From positions 1 to 47,518 of the forward strand of contig CAMWWU010000001.1 in assembly GCA_947178025.1 (NCBI GenBank): a stretch of 47,518 nucleotides of DNA, written 5' to 3'. A model generated the notes under the pieces. That model had not been told where the DNA came from. It did no database searches and saw nothing but the letters and a program-made list of their open reading frames with translations. Of the stretch, positions 39,042-47,518 are shown in pieces (the first letter of the stretch is position 1; every line of letters starts with the position of its first letter). Made by a program: the position numbers and the translations under genes. This stretch comes from an uncultured Alistipes sp. Its GTDB lineage: Bacteria; Bacteroidota; Bacteroidia; Bacteroidales; Rikenellaceae.

Positions 39042-39797
39042 CTACTCCTGCTCGGGATCAGCCACCAGGATACGTCCGCAGTACTCGCAGACGATGATCT
39101 TCTTACCCTGGCGGATGTCGGCCTGACGCTGGGGCGGGATGCGGTTGAAGCAGCCGCCGCAGGCATCGCGACGCACGGTCACCACAGCCAGTCCGTTGCG
39201 GACGTTGCGGCGGATACGCTCGTAGGCAGCCAGCAGGCGCTCGTCGATCTTGGCCTTGGCACGCTCGGCCTGCGCTTCGTACTCGGCGACCTGCGGAGCG
39301 GTCTCGGCCTCGATGCTCTCCAGCTCGTTCTTCTTGGCAGCCAGGTCGGCGGCACGCTCGTTCATCACAGCCTCGGCCTCCTCCAGCTGGAGCTTCTTGG
39401 CCTTGACACCGGCGGCATACTCTTTCAGACGCTTCTCGGCCAGCTCGATTTCGAGCTCCTGATACTCGATCTCCTTGGTTATGGCATCGAACTCGCGGTT
39501 GTTGCGCACGTTGTTCTGCTGCTCCTTGTAATTGCCGATCTGAATCCGGGACTGATCCACCTCGCGCTTACGCTGCTTGGTGAGCGTGTTGAACTCCTCG
39601 ATCTCGCCGTTGATGTTGTCGATGCGGGTCTTCAGACCGACCAGCTCGTCTTCGAGCCCCTCGACCGCCAGCGGCAGTTCGCCCTTCACCTTGTTGATCC
39701 CGTCGATCTTGCTGTCGATCTTCTGCAAATCATAGAGTGCCAGAATCTTCTCCTGCATCGAATAATCGACTTCGGCTGTCTTTTTCTGCGTTGCCAT
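39042..39797 (-). CDS. Coiled-coil C4 zinc-ribbon protein (DUF164 type)
   Basis: Long coiled coil, ACGGCF...VCEYCGRIL; usual partner downstream of Nif3. Confidence 0.9.
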   Translation of the reverse strand: MATQKKTAEVDYSMQEKILALYDLQKIDSKIDGINKVKGELPLAVEGLEDELVGLKTRIDNINGEIEEFNTLTKQRKREVDQSRIQIGNYKEQQNNVRNNREFDAITKEIEYQELEIELAEKRLKEYAAGVKAKKLQLEEAEAVMNERAADLAAKKNELESIEAETAPQVAEYEAQAERAKAKIDERLLAAYERIRRNVRNGLAVVTVRRDACGGCFNRIPPQRQADIRQGKKIIVCEYCGRILVADPEQE

Positions 39798-39819
39798 ATG
39801 TTGTCTTTATAGTTTAGAC

Positions 39820-40605
39820 TTAAACCAAATAGTTTACGGGATTGCGCGAGCATCCACTCTTGCGAACCGCAAAGGTAATCAAATTTTTCGACAAAACGTC
39901 AAATAAAATGTCAATTACGCAATATTCGCTCTCGAAATGGCCGATATCGGCGACCGTAAGCGCTCCGTCGGGGGTCATGAAGTCGTTATACTTCATGTCC
40001 GCAGTGACATAGATGTCGGCCCCGGCCCGCCGGGCGTCGCCGATGAGCGAGGCGCCGGAGCCCGTGCAGACTGCCACGCGGCGCACCTCGGGAGAAGCGA
40101 TGTCGCTGTGCCGCACGACCCGCACGCCGAGCCGCTGCCGGATCCGCTGCATGAACGCCACGGTGTCCGTCGCCTCGGGCAGCTCGCCCACAACGCCGAA
40201 GCCTACCCTCGGATCGGCGGCCGAGGGTTGCAGCACCCGCAGGTTCCCGACGCCCAGCATCGTCGCCAGCCGCCAGCTCATCCCCTCCGGGGCGCTGTCG
40301 AGGTTCGTATGGCAGGCGTAGAGCGCGATGCCGCGGCGGATGGCCCGCTCGACGCACCGCTGCACGGCATCCGCCGAATTGAACCGCTTGAGGGGCCGGA
40401 AGACGATCGGATGGTGCGTGATGACCAGATCGCACCCCTCGCGTTCGGCCTCGTCGAGCACCTCCTCCGTAACGTCCACGGCCAGCAGCGCCCGATGCAC
40501 CTCGTCGTCGGGACGTCCGACGACGAGCCCGGCATTGTCGTAATCCTCCTGCCATCCGAGCGGCGCGAACCGCTCGATGACATCCGTTATTTCACTGATT
40601 TTCAT
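39820..40605 (-). CDS. Nif3-like dinuclear metal center protein (YbgI/DUF34)
   Basis: DNAGLVVG, ITHHP, HTNLD, GHFESE motifs. Confidence 0.93.
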   Translation of the reverse strand: MKISEITDVIERFAPLGWQEDYDNAGLVVGRPDDEVHRALLAVDVTEEVLDEAEREGCDLVITHHPIVFRPLKRFNSADAVQRCVERAIRRGIALYACHTNLDSAPEGMSWRLATMLGVGNLRVLQPSAADPRVGFGVVGELPEATDTVAFMQRIRQRLGVRVVRHSDIASPEVRRVAVCTGSGASLIGDARRAGADIYVTADMKYNDFMTPDGALTVADIGHFESEYCVIDILFDVLSKNLITFAVRKSGCSRNPVNYLV

Positions 40606-40633
40606 ATTCGCCAATCGTTTTGCACGCCGCCCG

Positions 40634-41179
40634 TCAGAAGAGCGACTGTTCGTAGAACGCGAAGAGCTCCTTGTGCTCCGGCTCCTCCGATTTCTTGCGG
40701 CGGGGCTTGCGGACGGGTTTGGCGACCGGCTGTTCCGGCTCCGCCCCGCCCTCCTCGGCGATCTTCACCACCGCCTTGCGGCCGCGTCTCGGCGCAGGGG
40801 CCGCTGCGGACTCGCCCGCAGCCGACTCCCGGTCGGCGTAGACTTCGCCCTCGGGCTCCTTCAGGTCCTCGCGCACCTCGACCAGCAGAGCCCGGATGCG
40901 TTGCAGCCGCTCGGCCAGCTCCGCGTCGCGCGACACCTCGTCGGTCCGCCGCTGCCGGAGCGCCTTGCGGGCCCCGTCGAGGGTCATGCCCCGCTCCTTG
41001 ACCAGATGATAGATCAACTTGAGATGCTCGACGTCCTGCGGCGAGAAGAGGCGGTTGCCTTTCTTGTTCCGCTTGGGGCGCAGGACACTGAACTGCGCCT
41101 CCCAGTGACGGAGCAGCGACTGATTGACGTCGAACATCTCGGCGACCTCGCCCATCGAATAAAATAGCTTTTCGGCCAT
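40634..41179 (-). CDS. MerR-family HTH transcriptional regulator
   Basis: KLFYSMGEVAEMFDVNQSLLRHWE...KGNRLF; low-complexity C-terminal tail. Confidence 0.88.
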   Translation of the reverse strand: MAEKLFYSMGEVAEMFDVNQSLLRHWEAQFSVLRPKRNKKGNRLFSPQDVEHLKLIYHLVKERGMTLDGARKALRQRRTDEVSRDAELAERLQRIRALLVEVREDLKEPEGEVYADRESAAGESAAAPAPRRGRKAVVKIAEEGGAEPEQPVAKPVRKPRRKKSEEPEHKELFAFYEQSLF

Positions 41180-41200
41180 CGGTTTTTCAATTTGATTTTT

Positions 41201-42580
41201 TTACAGTTTCATGATCCGCAGCGAATTGGGATACAGATTATTCACCCGGTTCCCGATCCGCTTGGCGAAGCCCAGCGCCCGACCGCGCGCCGTCACCAGG
41301 TTCATCCCCTCGGCGAAACGGCCCGCCGCGACCTCCTGCCGGCGCAGGTAGCGCAGCGCCTCCTCCCCGTCGAGCTCCGTCGCGGGCAGCGCCCGCCGAT
41401 CGAGCCCCGTGAAGAACGCCAGCGCGGGGTCGGGCTTCAGCTTCCCCTTGAAGAGCTGCCCCATCGCCACGCCCGAGTAGATCACGGGAAGCGTTTCGGA
41501 GAGCGTCCGCACGGCATCGGCCTGCGCGGCATACCACCCGTAGCAGGTCTCGCCGGCCATGCCGAAGCGCATCCGTTCGGGCTCCCTCACCCAGCGGCCG
41601 AGTTCGGCTGCAGCCGCCCGGTCAGCCGGGACGATCGCCGACCGCCGCGCCTTGGGCGTGCGGCTCCGGCCTCCCGCATCGGGAGCCTTGCGGGCTACGG
41701 CGGCGAAAAATCCCTCGCCGCAGGCCCGGTGCGGATAGAAGCGGTAGGTGCGGAAAGCGCCGACCCGTCCGCAGACGATGCCCCACGCCGCATCGACCGG
41801 AATCTCCTCCGCCTCGACGGCCTCCTCCCCGACCCGTTCGAGGAGCCGTTCGAGCGACCCCTCGTCTTCGTCGCGATTGAAGGTGCAGGTGCTGTATATC
41901 AGCATGCCTCCGGGGCGCAGCGTCCGCCATGCCGCTTGCAGGATCTCCTCCTGCCGCGCCGCACAGAGCCGCACGTTGCCCTCGCTCCACTCCGTGCAGG
42001 CCTCCGCATCCTTGCGGAACATCCCCTCGCCCGAGCAGGGGGCATCCACGGCCACCACGTCGAACCACGCCTCGCGGTCGCCGAACTGCGCGGCGTCGCA
42101 GGCCGTGACGACGACATTGCCCGTGCCCCACTTGCGCACGTTGTCGGCGAGCACCTGCGCCCGACGACGGTCGACCTCATTGGCGACGACCAGTCCGTCG
42201 GCCCCCGCGAGCGACGCGTAGAGCGTCGTCTTGCCGCCCGGGGCGGCGCAGAGGTCGAGGATCCGCGCCCCCTCGCACGGCACATCGCGCAGCAGATACC
42301 CCACGAACTGCGACGACGCCTCCTGTACGTAGTAGGCTCCGGCATGGAAATCGGTGTCCAGCGTAAACTGCGGCCGCTCCGCGAGGTAATACCCCGCCCC
42401 GCACCACGGCACGCGCTCCGTCGGACGGAGCTCCGCGAGCTCCTCCGGCACAGCCGCCTTCGCGGGATTCAGCCGCACGGAGACGGGAGGCGTCCCTCCG
42501 AGCGCATCGCAGAGCGCCCGGCCCTCCACCGGCCCCAGATCGCGGAGTACGCGATCGACGAACTTTTCGGGCAGCGCCAT
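41201..42580 (-). CDS. rsmF: RsmF/NOL1/NOP2/Sun family rRNA cytosine-C5 methyltransferase
   Basis: YVQEASS, LDLCAAPGGKT, VDAPCSGEGMFRK, YSTCT; C-terminal NNLYP. Confidence 0.85.
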   Translation of the reverse strand: MALPEKFVDRVLRDLGPVEGRALCDALGGTPPVSVRLNPAKAAVPEELAELRPTERVPWCGAGYYLAERPQFTLDTDFHAGAYYVQEASSQFVGYLLRDVPCEGARILDLCAAPGGKTTLYASLAGADGLVVANEVDRRRAQVLADNVRKWGTGNVVVTACDAAQFGDREAWFDVVAVDAPCSGEGMFRKDAEACTEWSEGNVRLCAARQEEILQAAWRTLRPGGMLIYSTCTFNRDEDEGSLERLLERVGEEAVEAEEIPVDAAWGIVCGRVGAFRTYRFYPHRACGEGFFAAVARKAPDAGGRSRTPKARRSAIVPADRAAAAELGRWVREPERMRFGMAGETCYGWYAAQADAVRTLSETLPVIYSGVAMGQLFKGKLKPDPALAFFTGLDRRALPATELDGEEALRYLRRQEVAAGRFAEGMNLVTARGRALGFAKRIGNRVNNLYPNSLRIMKL

Positions 42581-42582
42581 GT

Positions 42583-43197
42583 CTACTCGCCGGCCTTGAG
42601 TGCATCCAGACGGGCGCAGATCGCCTCGAAGACCGAAGCGTCCTCCACGAAATCCTCGCGATCCTTGTCGATCGTGAGCACCTCGCCGTCGTAGATCGTA
42701 TCCATCCAGTGATTGTACTTGTCGTTGAGCCGCTGGAGATAGGCCGCGTCGATGTTCATCTCGTACTCGCGTCCGCGCTTGCGGATCTGGGAGATGAGCG
42801 TCGGGACGCTCGCCTTGAGGTAGATCAGCAGGTCGGGCTTCGGGATGAGCTCCGTGACCAGGCCGAAGATCTTCATGTAGGTCTCGATGTCGCGGCCCGA
42901 CATCAGCCCCATTTCGTGCAGGTTGCCGGCGAAGATGTGGGCATCCTCGTAGATGGTGCGGTCCTGGAGAATCACGCCCGAACGGTTATCCTTGAGCATC
43001 TCCATCGTCTGACGGATGCGGTTACCCAGGAAGCAGATCTGGAGGTTGAACGACCAGCGGTTCATGTCCTCGTAGAAGTCCCCGATGTAGGGGTTGTCCA
43101 CCTCTTCGAGGTAGGCCTTGGCGCGGTAGCGCTCGGTGAGCATCTGCGTCAGCGTGGTCTTGCCGCTGCCGATATTTCCTGCAATAGCTATATACAT
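42583..43197 (-). CDS. Deoxynucleoside kinase
   Basis: IAIAGNIGSGKTT P-loop, QDRTIYED, PDLLIYL, RKRGREYE lid; ATG 43197. Confidence 0.92.
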   Translation of the reverse strand: MYIAIAGNIGSGKTTLTQMLTERYRAKAYLEEVDNPYIGDFYEDMNRWSFNLQICFLGNRIRQTMEMLKDNRSGVILQDRTIYEDAHIFAGNLHEMGLMSGRDIETYMKIFGLVTELIPKPDLLIYLKASVPTLISQIRKRGREYEMNIDAAYLQRLNDKYNHWMDTIYDGEVLTIDKDREDFVEDASVFEAICARLDALKAGE

Positions 43198-44693
43198 GGT
43201 TGTGGGGTTTGGGTTTTCTGTCGTTGTTCTCCGGCGCCGAAGGCGAGGATCTCGCCGGCTATCCGGCGGTCGTTGGCCAGCCGGGGCACCTTGTTCTTGC
43301 CGCGGGCCCGCATCCAGGCCAGGAAGCGCCCGGCCTCGACCACCGTCAGGTGCTGACGCTCCAGCGTCGTGCGGCGCTTGGCGTCGTAGTCCGAATTGAC
43401 GGCCCGCAGCTCGCGGTCGAGCGCCTCGGCGAACCGCTCGCGGCTGTCGGGCTCGCGCTCGAACTCCACGATCCACTCGTGGGCGCCCCGCTCGCGCAGG
43501 GTCATGTAGCGCGGCGCGACGGTGTACTCGCCCACGACAGCGCCCGTCGCGGCGCAGGCCCGGTCGAGGGCCCGGTCGGCATTGTCGACGATCAGCTCCT
43601 CGCCGAAGACGTTGATATATTGTTTGGTGCGCCCGGCGAAGCGGATGCGGTAGGGATTCGTCGAAGTGAAAGTCACGCGGTCGCCGATCTCGTAGCGCCA
43701 CAGTCCGTTGTTCGAGGTGACGAGCAGGGCGTAGCTCCGGCCGCAAACCACCCCTTCGAGGGGGACGATCCGCTCGCCGTCGCGGAACTCGAAGAAGGTG
43801 CCGTAGTCGAGCATCAGCAGCATGTCGTCGCGCGACGGGTCGTCGGCCAGGGCGAAGAAGCCCTCCGAGGCGTTGTAGGTCTCCATGTAACGCATCGTCG
43901 GCGAAGGGATCAGCGCCTCGAACGCCCGCCGGTAGGGGGCGAACTCCACGCCGCCGTGGGCGAAGAGCTGCAAATCGGGCCACACCTCCAGCAGATTGCT
44001 CTTGCCGGTATACTCCAGCACGCGGCGCATCAGGGCGAGGTTCCACGACGGCACCCCCGCGAACGAGGTGATATGCTCCCGCGCGCACTCGCGACAGATG
44101 GCGTCGGCCTTCTGCCAGAAGTCGGGGATCACCGCCGTTTCGGTCCGCGGAGCCCGAAACCAACCGCTCCAGAGTCCCATTTCGCGGATGAGCAGCGCCG
44201 AGAGGTCGCCCGCGACGCAGCCGTTCTCCTCGCGGCACGAACCGCCGAGGGTCAGCGTCTTTCCCTCGAAAATACGGCTCCGGGGATCGGTCGCGGCGAA
44301 GAGCGTCGCCACGTCGCGCATTCCGAGCGTGTGGTTCCACAGCACCGACGCCCGCGTGACGGGGATGTATTTGCTGCGGTCCGAAGTGGTTCCCGACGAG
44401 CGGGCGAAGAGCCGCACGCGCCCGGGCGCCGCAACGTTGCATTCGCCGGCCATCATGCGCTCGACGTAGGGCTTGAAGGTCTCGTAGTCGAACCGTTCGA
44501 CCTGCGACTGGAACTGCTCGATGCTCCGCACGCGCCGCAAGTCGTAGCGCCACCCGAACTCGGTGCGGCGCCCCTCGCGGAGCCGTTCGCGCAGCATCCG
44601 CTCCTGCGTCTGTGCCGGATAGCGGCAGAAACGCTCGATCGCCCGCATGCGCGGAGCGAAGAAAGCCCGTAGTATGGTGTTGCGCAACGACAT
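43188..44693 (-). CDS. GH3 family (acyl-acid amido synthetase-like) protein
   Basis: SSGTT..SKYIP, YNASEGFF, GLWRYEIGD, GRTKQYINVFGEE, NSDYDAKR. Confidence 0.9.
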   Translation of the reverse strand: MSLRNTILRAFFAPRMRAIERFCRYPAQTQERMLRERLREGRRTEFGWRYDLRRVRSIEQFQSQVERFDYETFKPYVERMMAGECNVAAPGRVRLFARSSGTTSDRSKYIPVTRASVLWNHTLGMRDVATLFAATDPRSRIFEGKTLTLGGSCREENGCVAGDLSALLIREMGLWSGWFRAPRTETAVIPDFWQKADAICRECAREHITSFAGVPSWNLALMRRVLEYTGKSNLLEVWPDLQLFAHGGVEFAPYRRAFEALIPSPTMRYMETYNASEGFFALADDPSRDDMLLMLDYGTFFEFRDGERIVPLEGVVCGRSYALLVTSNNGLWRYEIGDRVTFTSTNPYRIRFAGRTKQYINVFGEELIVDNADRALDRACAATGAVVGEYTVAPRYMTLRERGAHEWIVEFEREPDSRERFAEALDRELRAVNSDYDAKRRTTLERQHLTVVEAGRFLAWMRARGKNKVPRLANDRRIAGEILAFGAGEQRQKTQTPQPCI

Positions 44694-44875
44694 GTTTGCC
44701 GCGAAATTCGTTTTTAAGGTTGTTGCATAGACTCTTTACCGATCTCTCGTCCGAATCGCCCGAGGGAAAGGGACCGATTTACCCGCGCGGCCGGAGGCTG
44801 CGGGCCGTCGGACCGTCCTGTGCGGAGATCCGGCCGGAAACCCGATCGGGTGGCAGGTCGTATGCGGCTGCCATG

Positions 44876-46216
44876 CTAATTGAAGTAGTAGCCTATCTTT
44901 CCCACGGCCTCGGGCATGGCGAACACCACCACGCGGTCGTAGGCATTTATCTCCATATTGTCCACGGCGATGAACACCTTGTCGCCGCGCACCACCCCGC
45001 CGATGATCGCATCGCCCGGAAGCCCCAGATCGCGGATCCGGGCCTTGGTAGCCGGCGAATTGGGCTTGACGATGAACTCCAGCACCTCGGCGTCGCTGCC
45101 CGTGAGGCACTTGATGGCCTGCACGTCGGTCGACATCGTGAAGCGGAAGATGTTCGAAGCCGTAATGAGCTTCTTGTTGATGATCGTGTCGATACCGATC
45201 GACTCGGCGAGGTTGATGTAGTTGAGATTCTCCACCTCGGCGATCACCTTCTTCACGCCCAGCCGCTTGGCGAGCATCGCCGCGAGAATGTTGGTCTCGC
45301 TGCGCCCCGTCACGGCGACGAAGGCGTCCATATTGGAGAGCCCCTCCTCCATCATGGCCTCCGTATTACGGCCGTCCTCGTTGATGATCAGCGTCTTGTC
45401 GAGCATCTCCGCCAGGCGGTAGGCCTTCTCGGCGTTGTAATCGACCAACTTGACATTCAGCTCGTCCTGCAACTCGGTGGCGATCCGGATGCCGATCCGC
45501 GAGCCGCCGAGGATCATCACGTTCTTGATCTCGATGTTCGACCGCCCCGAGAACTCCATCACCTCCCGCATGGCATCCTGCCGGGCGATGACGTAGATCA
45601 CGTCGCCCTCCAGGAAGCGCTCCTCGCGGCGCGGGATGATCGTCTGTCCGCCGCGCGCGATGGCCACCGTGCGGTAATTCAGCTGCGCGGGGTCCTCGTC
45701 GAACCCGGTCAGCTCGCGCCCGACGAGCGGCGACGAGGGCTCCAGACGGAAGACCACCAGCGAGAGCTTGCCGCTCGAAAAGTCGACGTACTCGGTGGTC
45801 GAGGTGTGGCCCAGCAGGTTGATGACCTCGCGCGCCGCCACCTTCTCGGGGTAGAACAGGTAGTCGATGCCCATGTCGATGAACATCTCCTTGTTGTTCG
45901 GTTCGAGATATTCGTTGTTGTCGATGCGGGCGATCGACTTGCGGGCCCCGAGCTTCTTGGCCAGCATCGCCGCCACGATGTTGTCGTTCTCCTCGTGGTT
46001 CACGGCGATGAAGAGGTCGCACTTGCGCACCGCGGCGCGGCGCAGCACGTCGAAAGTCGTCGAGTCGCCCTCGACGGCGATGACATCGGCCAGACTCCCC
46101 ACCTCCGAGAGGAGTTTCTGATCGGCATCGATCACGGTGATATCGTGCCCGTTGCCGCTCAACATACGTGCCAGATGGCTTCCCATTTCGCCGGCACCCG
46201 CTATGACGATTTTCAT
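44876..46216 (-). CDS. trkA: Trk K+ transport NAD-binding subunit
   Basis: Two RCK domains, MKIVIAGAGEMG and ILGGSRIG; ATG 46216; promoter TACATTTG at 46291-46298 (minus strand). Confidence 0.93.
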   Translation of the reverse strand: MKIVIAGAGEMGSHLARMLSGNGHDITVIDADQKLLSEVGSLADVIAVEGDSTTFDVLRRAAVRKCDLFIAVNHEENDNIVAAMLAKKLGARKSIARIDNNEYLEPNNKEMFIDMGIDYLFYPEKVAAREVINLLGHTSTTEYVDFSSGKLSLVVFRLEPSSPLVGRELTGFDEDPAQLNYRTVAIARGGQTIIPRREERFLEGDVIYVIARQDAMREVMEFSGRSNIEIKNVMILGGSRIGIRIATELQDELNVKLVDYNAEKAYRLAEMLDKTLIINEDGRNTEAMMEEGLSNMDAFVAVTGRSETNILAAMLAKRLGVKKVIAEVENLNYINLAESIGIDTIINKKLITASNIFRFTMSTDVQAIKCLTGSDAEVLEFIVKPNSPATKARIRDLGLPGDAIIGGVVRGDKVFIAVDNMEINAYDRVVVFAMPEAVGKIGYYFN

Positions 46217-46417
46217 GATTCGACAGGTTGTTCGCGCCTCTTGCGCACACCGCCCTTCGAGGCAGGCGCACAATGAGGCAATTTATCCTACAAATGTACG
46301 CATTTAGGAGCGAACGCCCAAATTTCGGCCGCCAAAATACGCGCGGCTGCGCGTCGGCTTGCAAATTCGCCGGCAAATCCATACATTTGCGTTCGGAAAC
46401 CCGCTAAAACACATCGT

Positions 46418-46684
46418 ATGCCACTTTGGTCAATCGTCCTGCTCTGTTCGGTCGGCGCTGTCGCGCTCTTCGTCATCGGCATGTCGCTCACGCTGATGTT
46501 CAAGGGGCATCACATCGACTCGGAGATCTCGACCAACGAAAACATGCGGCGCCTGGGCATCAAATGCGCCGTGCAGGAGACGCGCGAAGCCGACGGCACG
46601 GCGGTCTGCGCCGACGACGCCTCCCCGCTGTCGGGCTGCACGGGCAACTGCTCGGCCTGCGACATCGAACCCGGCAAGGAGTAA
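46418..46684 (+). CDS. Small single-TM protein with Cys-rich C-terminus
   Basis: N-terminal TM, NENMRRLGIKCA, GCTGNCSAC; own promoter TACATTTG at 46382-46389. Confidence 0.75.
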   Translation: MPLWSIVLLCSVGAVALFVIGMSLTLMFKGHHIDSEISTNENMRRLGIKCAVQETREADGTAVCADDASPLSGCTGNCSACDIEPGKE

Positions 46685-46695
46685 CTCCCCCGCAG

Positions 46696-47518
46696 TCAGA
46701 TCCGGCATCCGCGGGCCCGGCACTCGAACCAGGGGTTGTGCAGATCGGCCTCGTTGTAGCACAGCGCGGCCCCGTCGGGCAGCGAACGGGTCGAGCCGCC
46801 TGCCTCGGACAGAATCAGCTCCCCGGCCGCCGTATCCCACTCGTAGGTGTGCGTCGTGCGGACATAATAGTCCACCCGCCCCTCGGCCAGCATGCAGAAC
46901 TTATAGGAACTCCCCTGCTCCACCACCTCCAGATCGGGATGGCTTTCGCGCAGCGCCGCGATGCGCGCATGCGTCTCGGGCGTCTGGTGCGAACGCGACA
47001 CGGCCACGCGCAGCGGTCCGTCGGAAGCCGTTCCGGCCAGCGGCAGCCGCTCCAGCCCGCCGACGATCTCGTCGTAGGTGTACTCGGCGTCGGCATCGGG
47101 CCGCACGTGCTGCTTGAGATAGGCACCGTCCCCGCGTCCGGCCAGATACATCTTGCCGTAATAGGGCACGTAGATGACCGCCCCGCGGCAGACGTTGTCC
47201 TCCATGAGCGCGATGTTCACCGTGAACTCGTTGTTGCCCTTGATGAACTCCACCGTGCCGTCCAGCGGATCCACCAGCCAGTAAAGCTCCCAGTTGCGGC
47301 GTTCGTCGTAGCCCATCTCGCGCCCCTCCTCCGAGAGGATCGGAATGCGCGTGGGGCCCAGGTATTCGCGGATGACCTTGTGCGCCAGCCGGTCGGCCAT
47401 CGTGATGGGCGTGCGGTCGTTCTTGAGGCTTATGTCGTAATCGTCTCTGTTCTTGTAAATACGCATGATCGCGGCGCCGGCCCGGACCGCGGCATTGAAA
47501 AGCGGCGGCAGCAAGTAC
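46696..47518 (-). CDS. cysQ: 3'(2'),5'-bisphosphate nucleotidase (5' end outside window)
   Basis: ILSEEG, WLVDPLDGTVEF, VSRSH, GSSYKFC, EWDTAAG. Confidence 0.9.
   Translation of the reverse strand, partial: YLLPPLFNAAVRAGAAIMRIYKNRDDYDISLKNDRTPITMADRLAHKVIREYLGPTRIPILSEEGREMGYDERRNWELYWLVDPLDGTVEFIKGNNEFTVNIALMEDNVCRGAVIYVPYYGKMYLAGRGDGAYLKQHVRPDADAEYTYDEIVGGLERLPLAGTASDGPLRVAVSRSHQTPETHARIAALRESHPDLEVVEQGSSYKFCMLAEGRVDYYVRTTHTYEWDTAAGELILSEAGGSTRSLPDGAALCYNEADLHNPWFECRARGCRI

Overview
High-GC Bacteroidota chromosomal window. Gene content, TAnnTTTG -7 promoters and the rseC-rnfBCDGEA order point to Rikenellaceae/Alistipes (inference). It is mostly core genome: yidC, pyrG, a DUF349 protein, an OmpR-family regulator, crcB-ackA-ptb-buk, hpt-queE-ftsB, thiL, aroQ-pyk-flippase, nadE-rseC-rnfBCDGEA, prfC, nadB, queA, eno, a zinc-ribbon/Nif3/MerR/RsmF/dNK/GH3 block, trkA and a partial cysQ. 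No rRNA, tRNA, transposase or CRISPR array was seen. Four things stand out. (1) A PqqD/RRE gene is translationally coupled to a secreted Cys/His-rich ORF ending in a RAPP ribosome-arrest motif, directly upstream of a TonB-dependent receptor and a CxxC heavy-metal chaperone. (2) A ~270-nt 5' leader with mutually exclusive long-stem and terminator folds precedes an accessory operon of four exported proteins. (3) A dispersed, modular, hairpin-forming intergenic repeat family is present, and two copies bracket the metal-uptake cassette. (4) The two-domain NadE appears to lack the catalytic Cys of its glutaminase domain. All family assignments come from motif recognition by eye; no searches were run.
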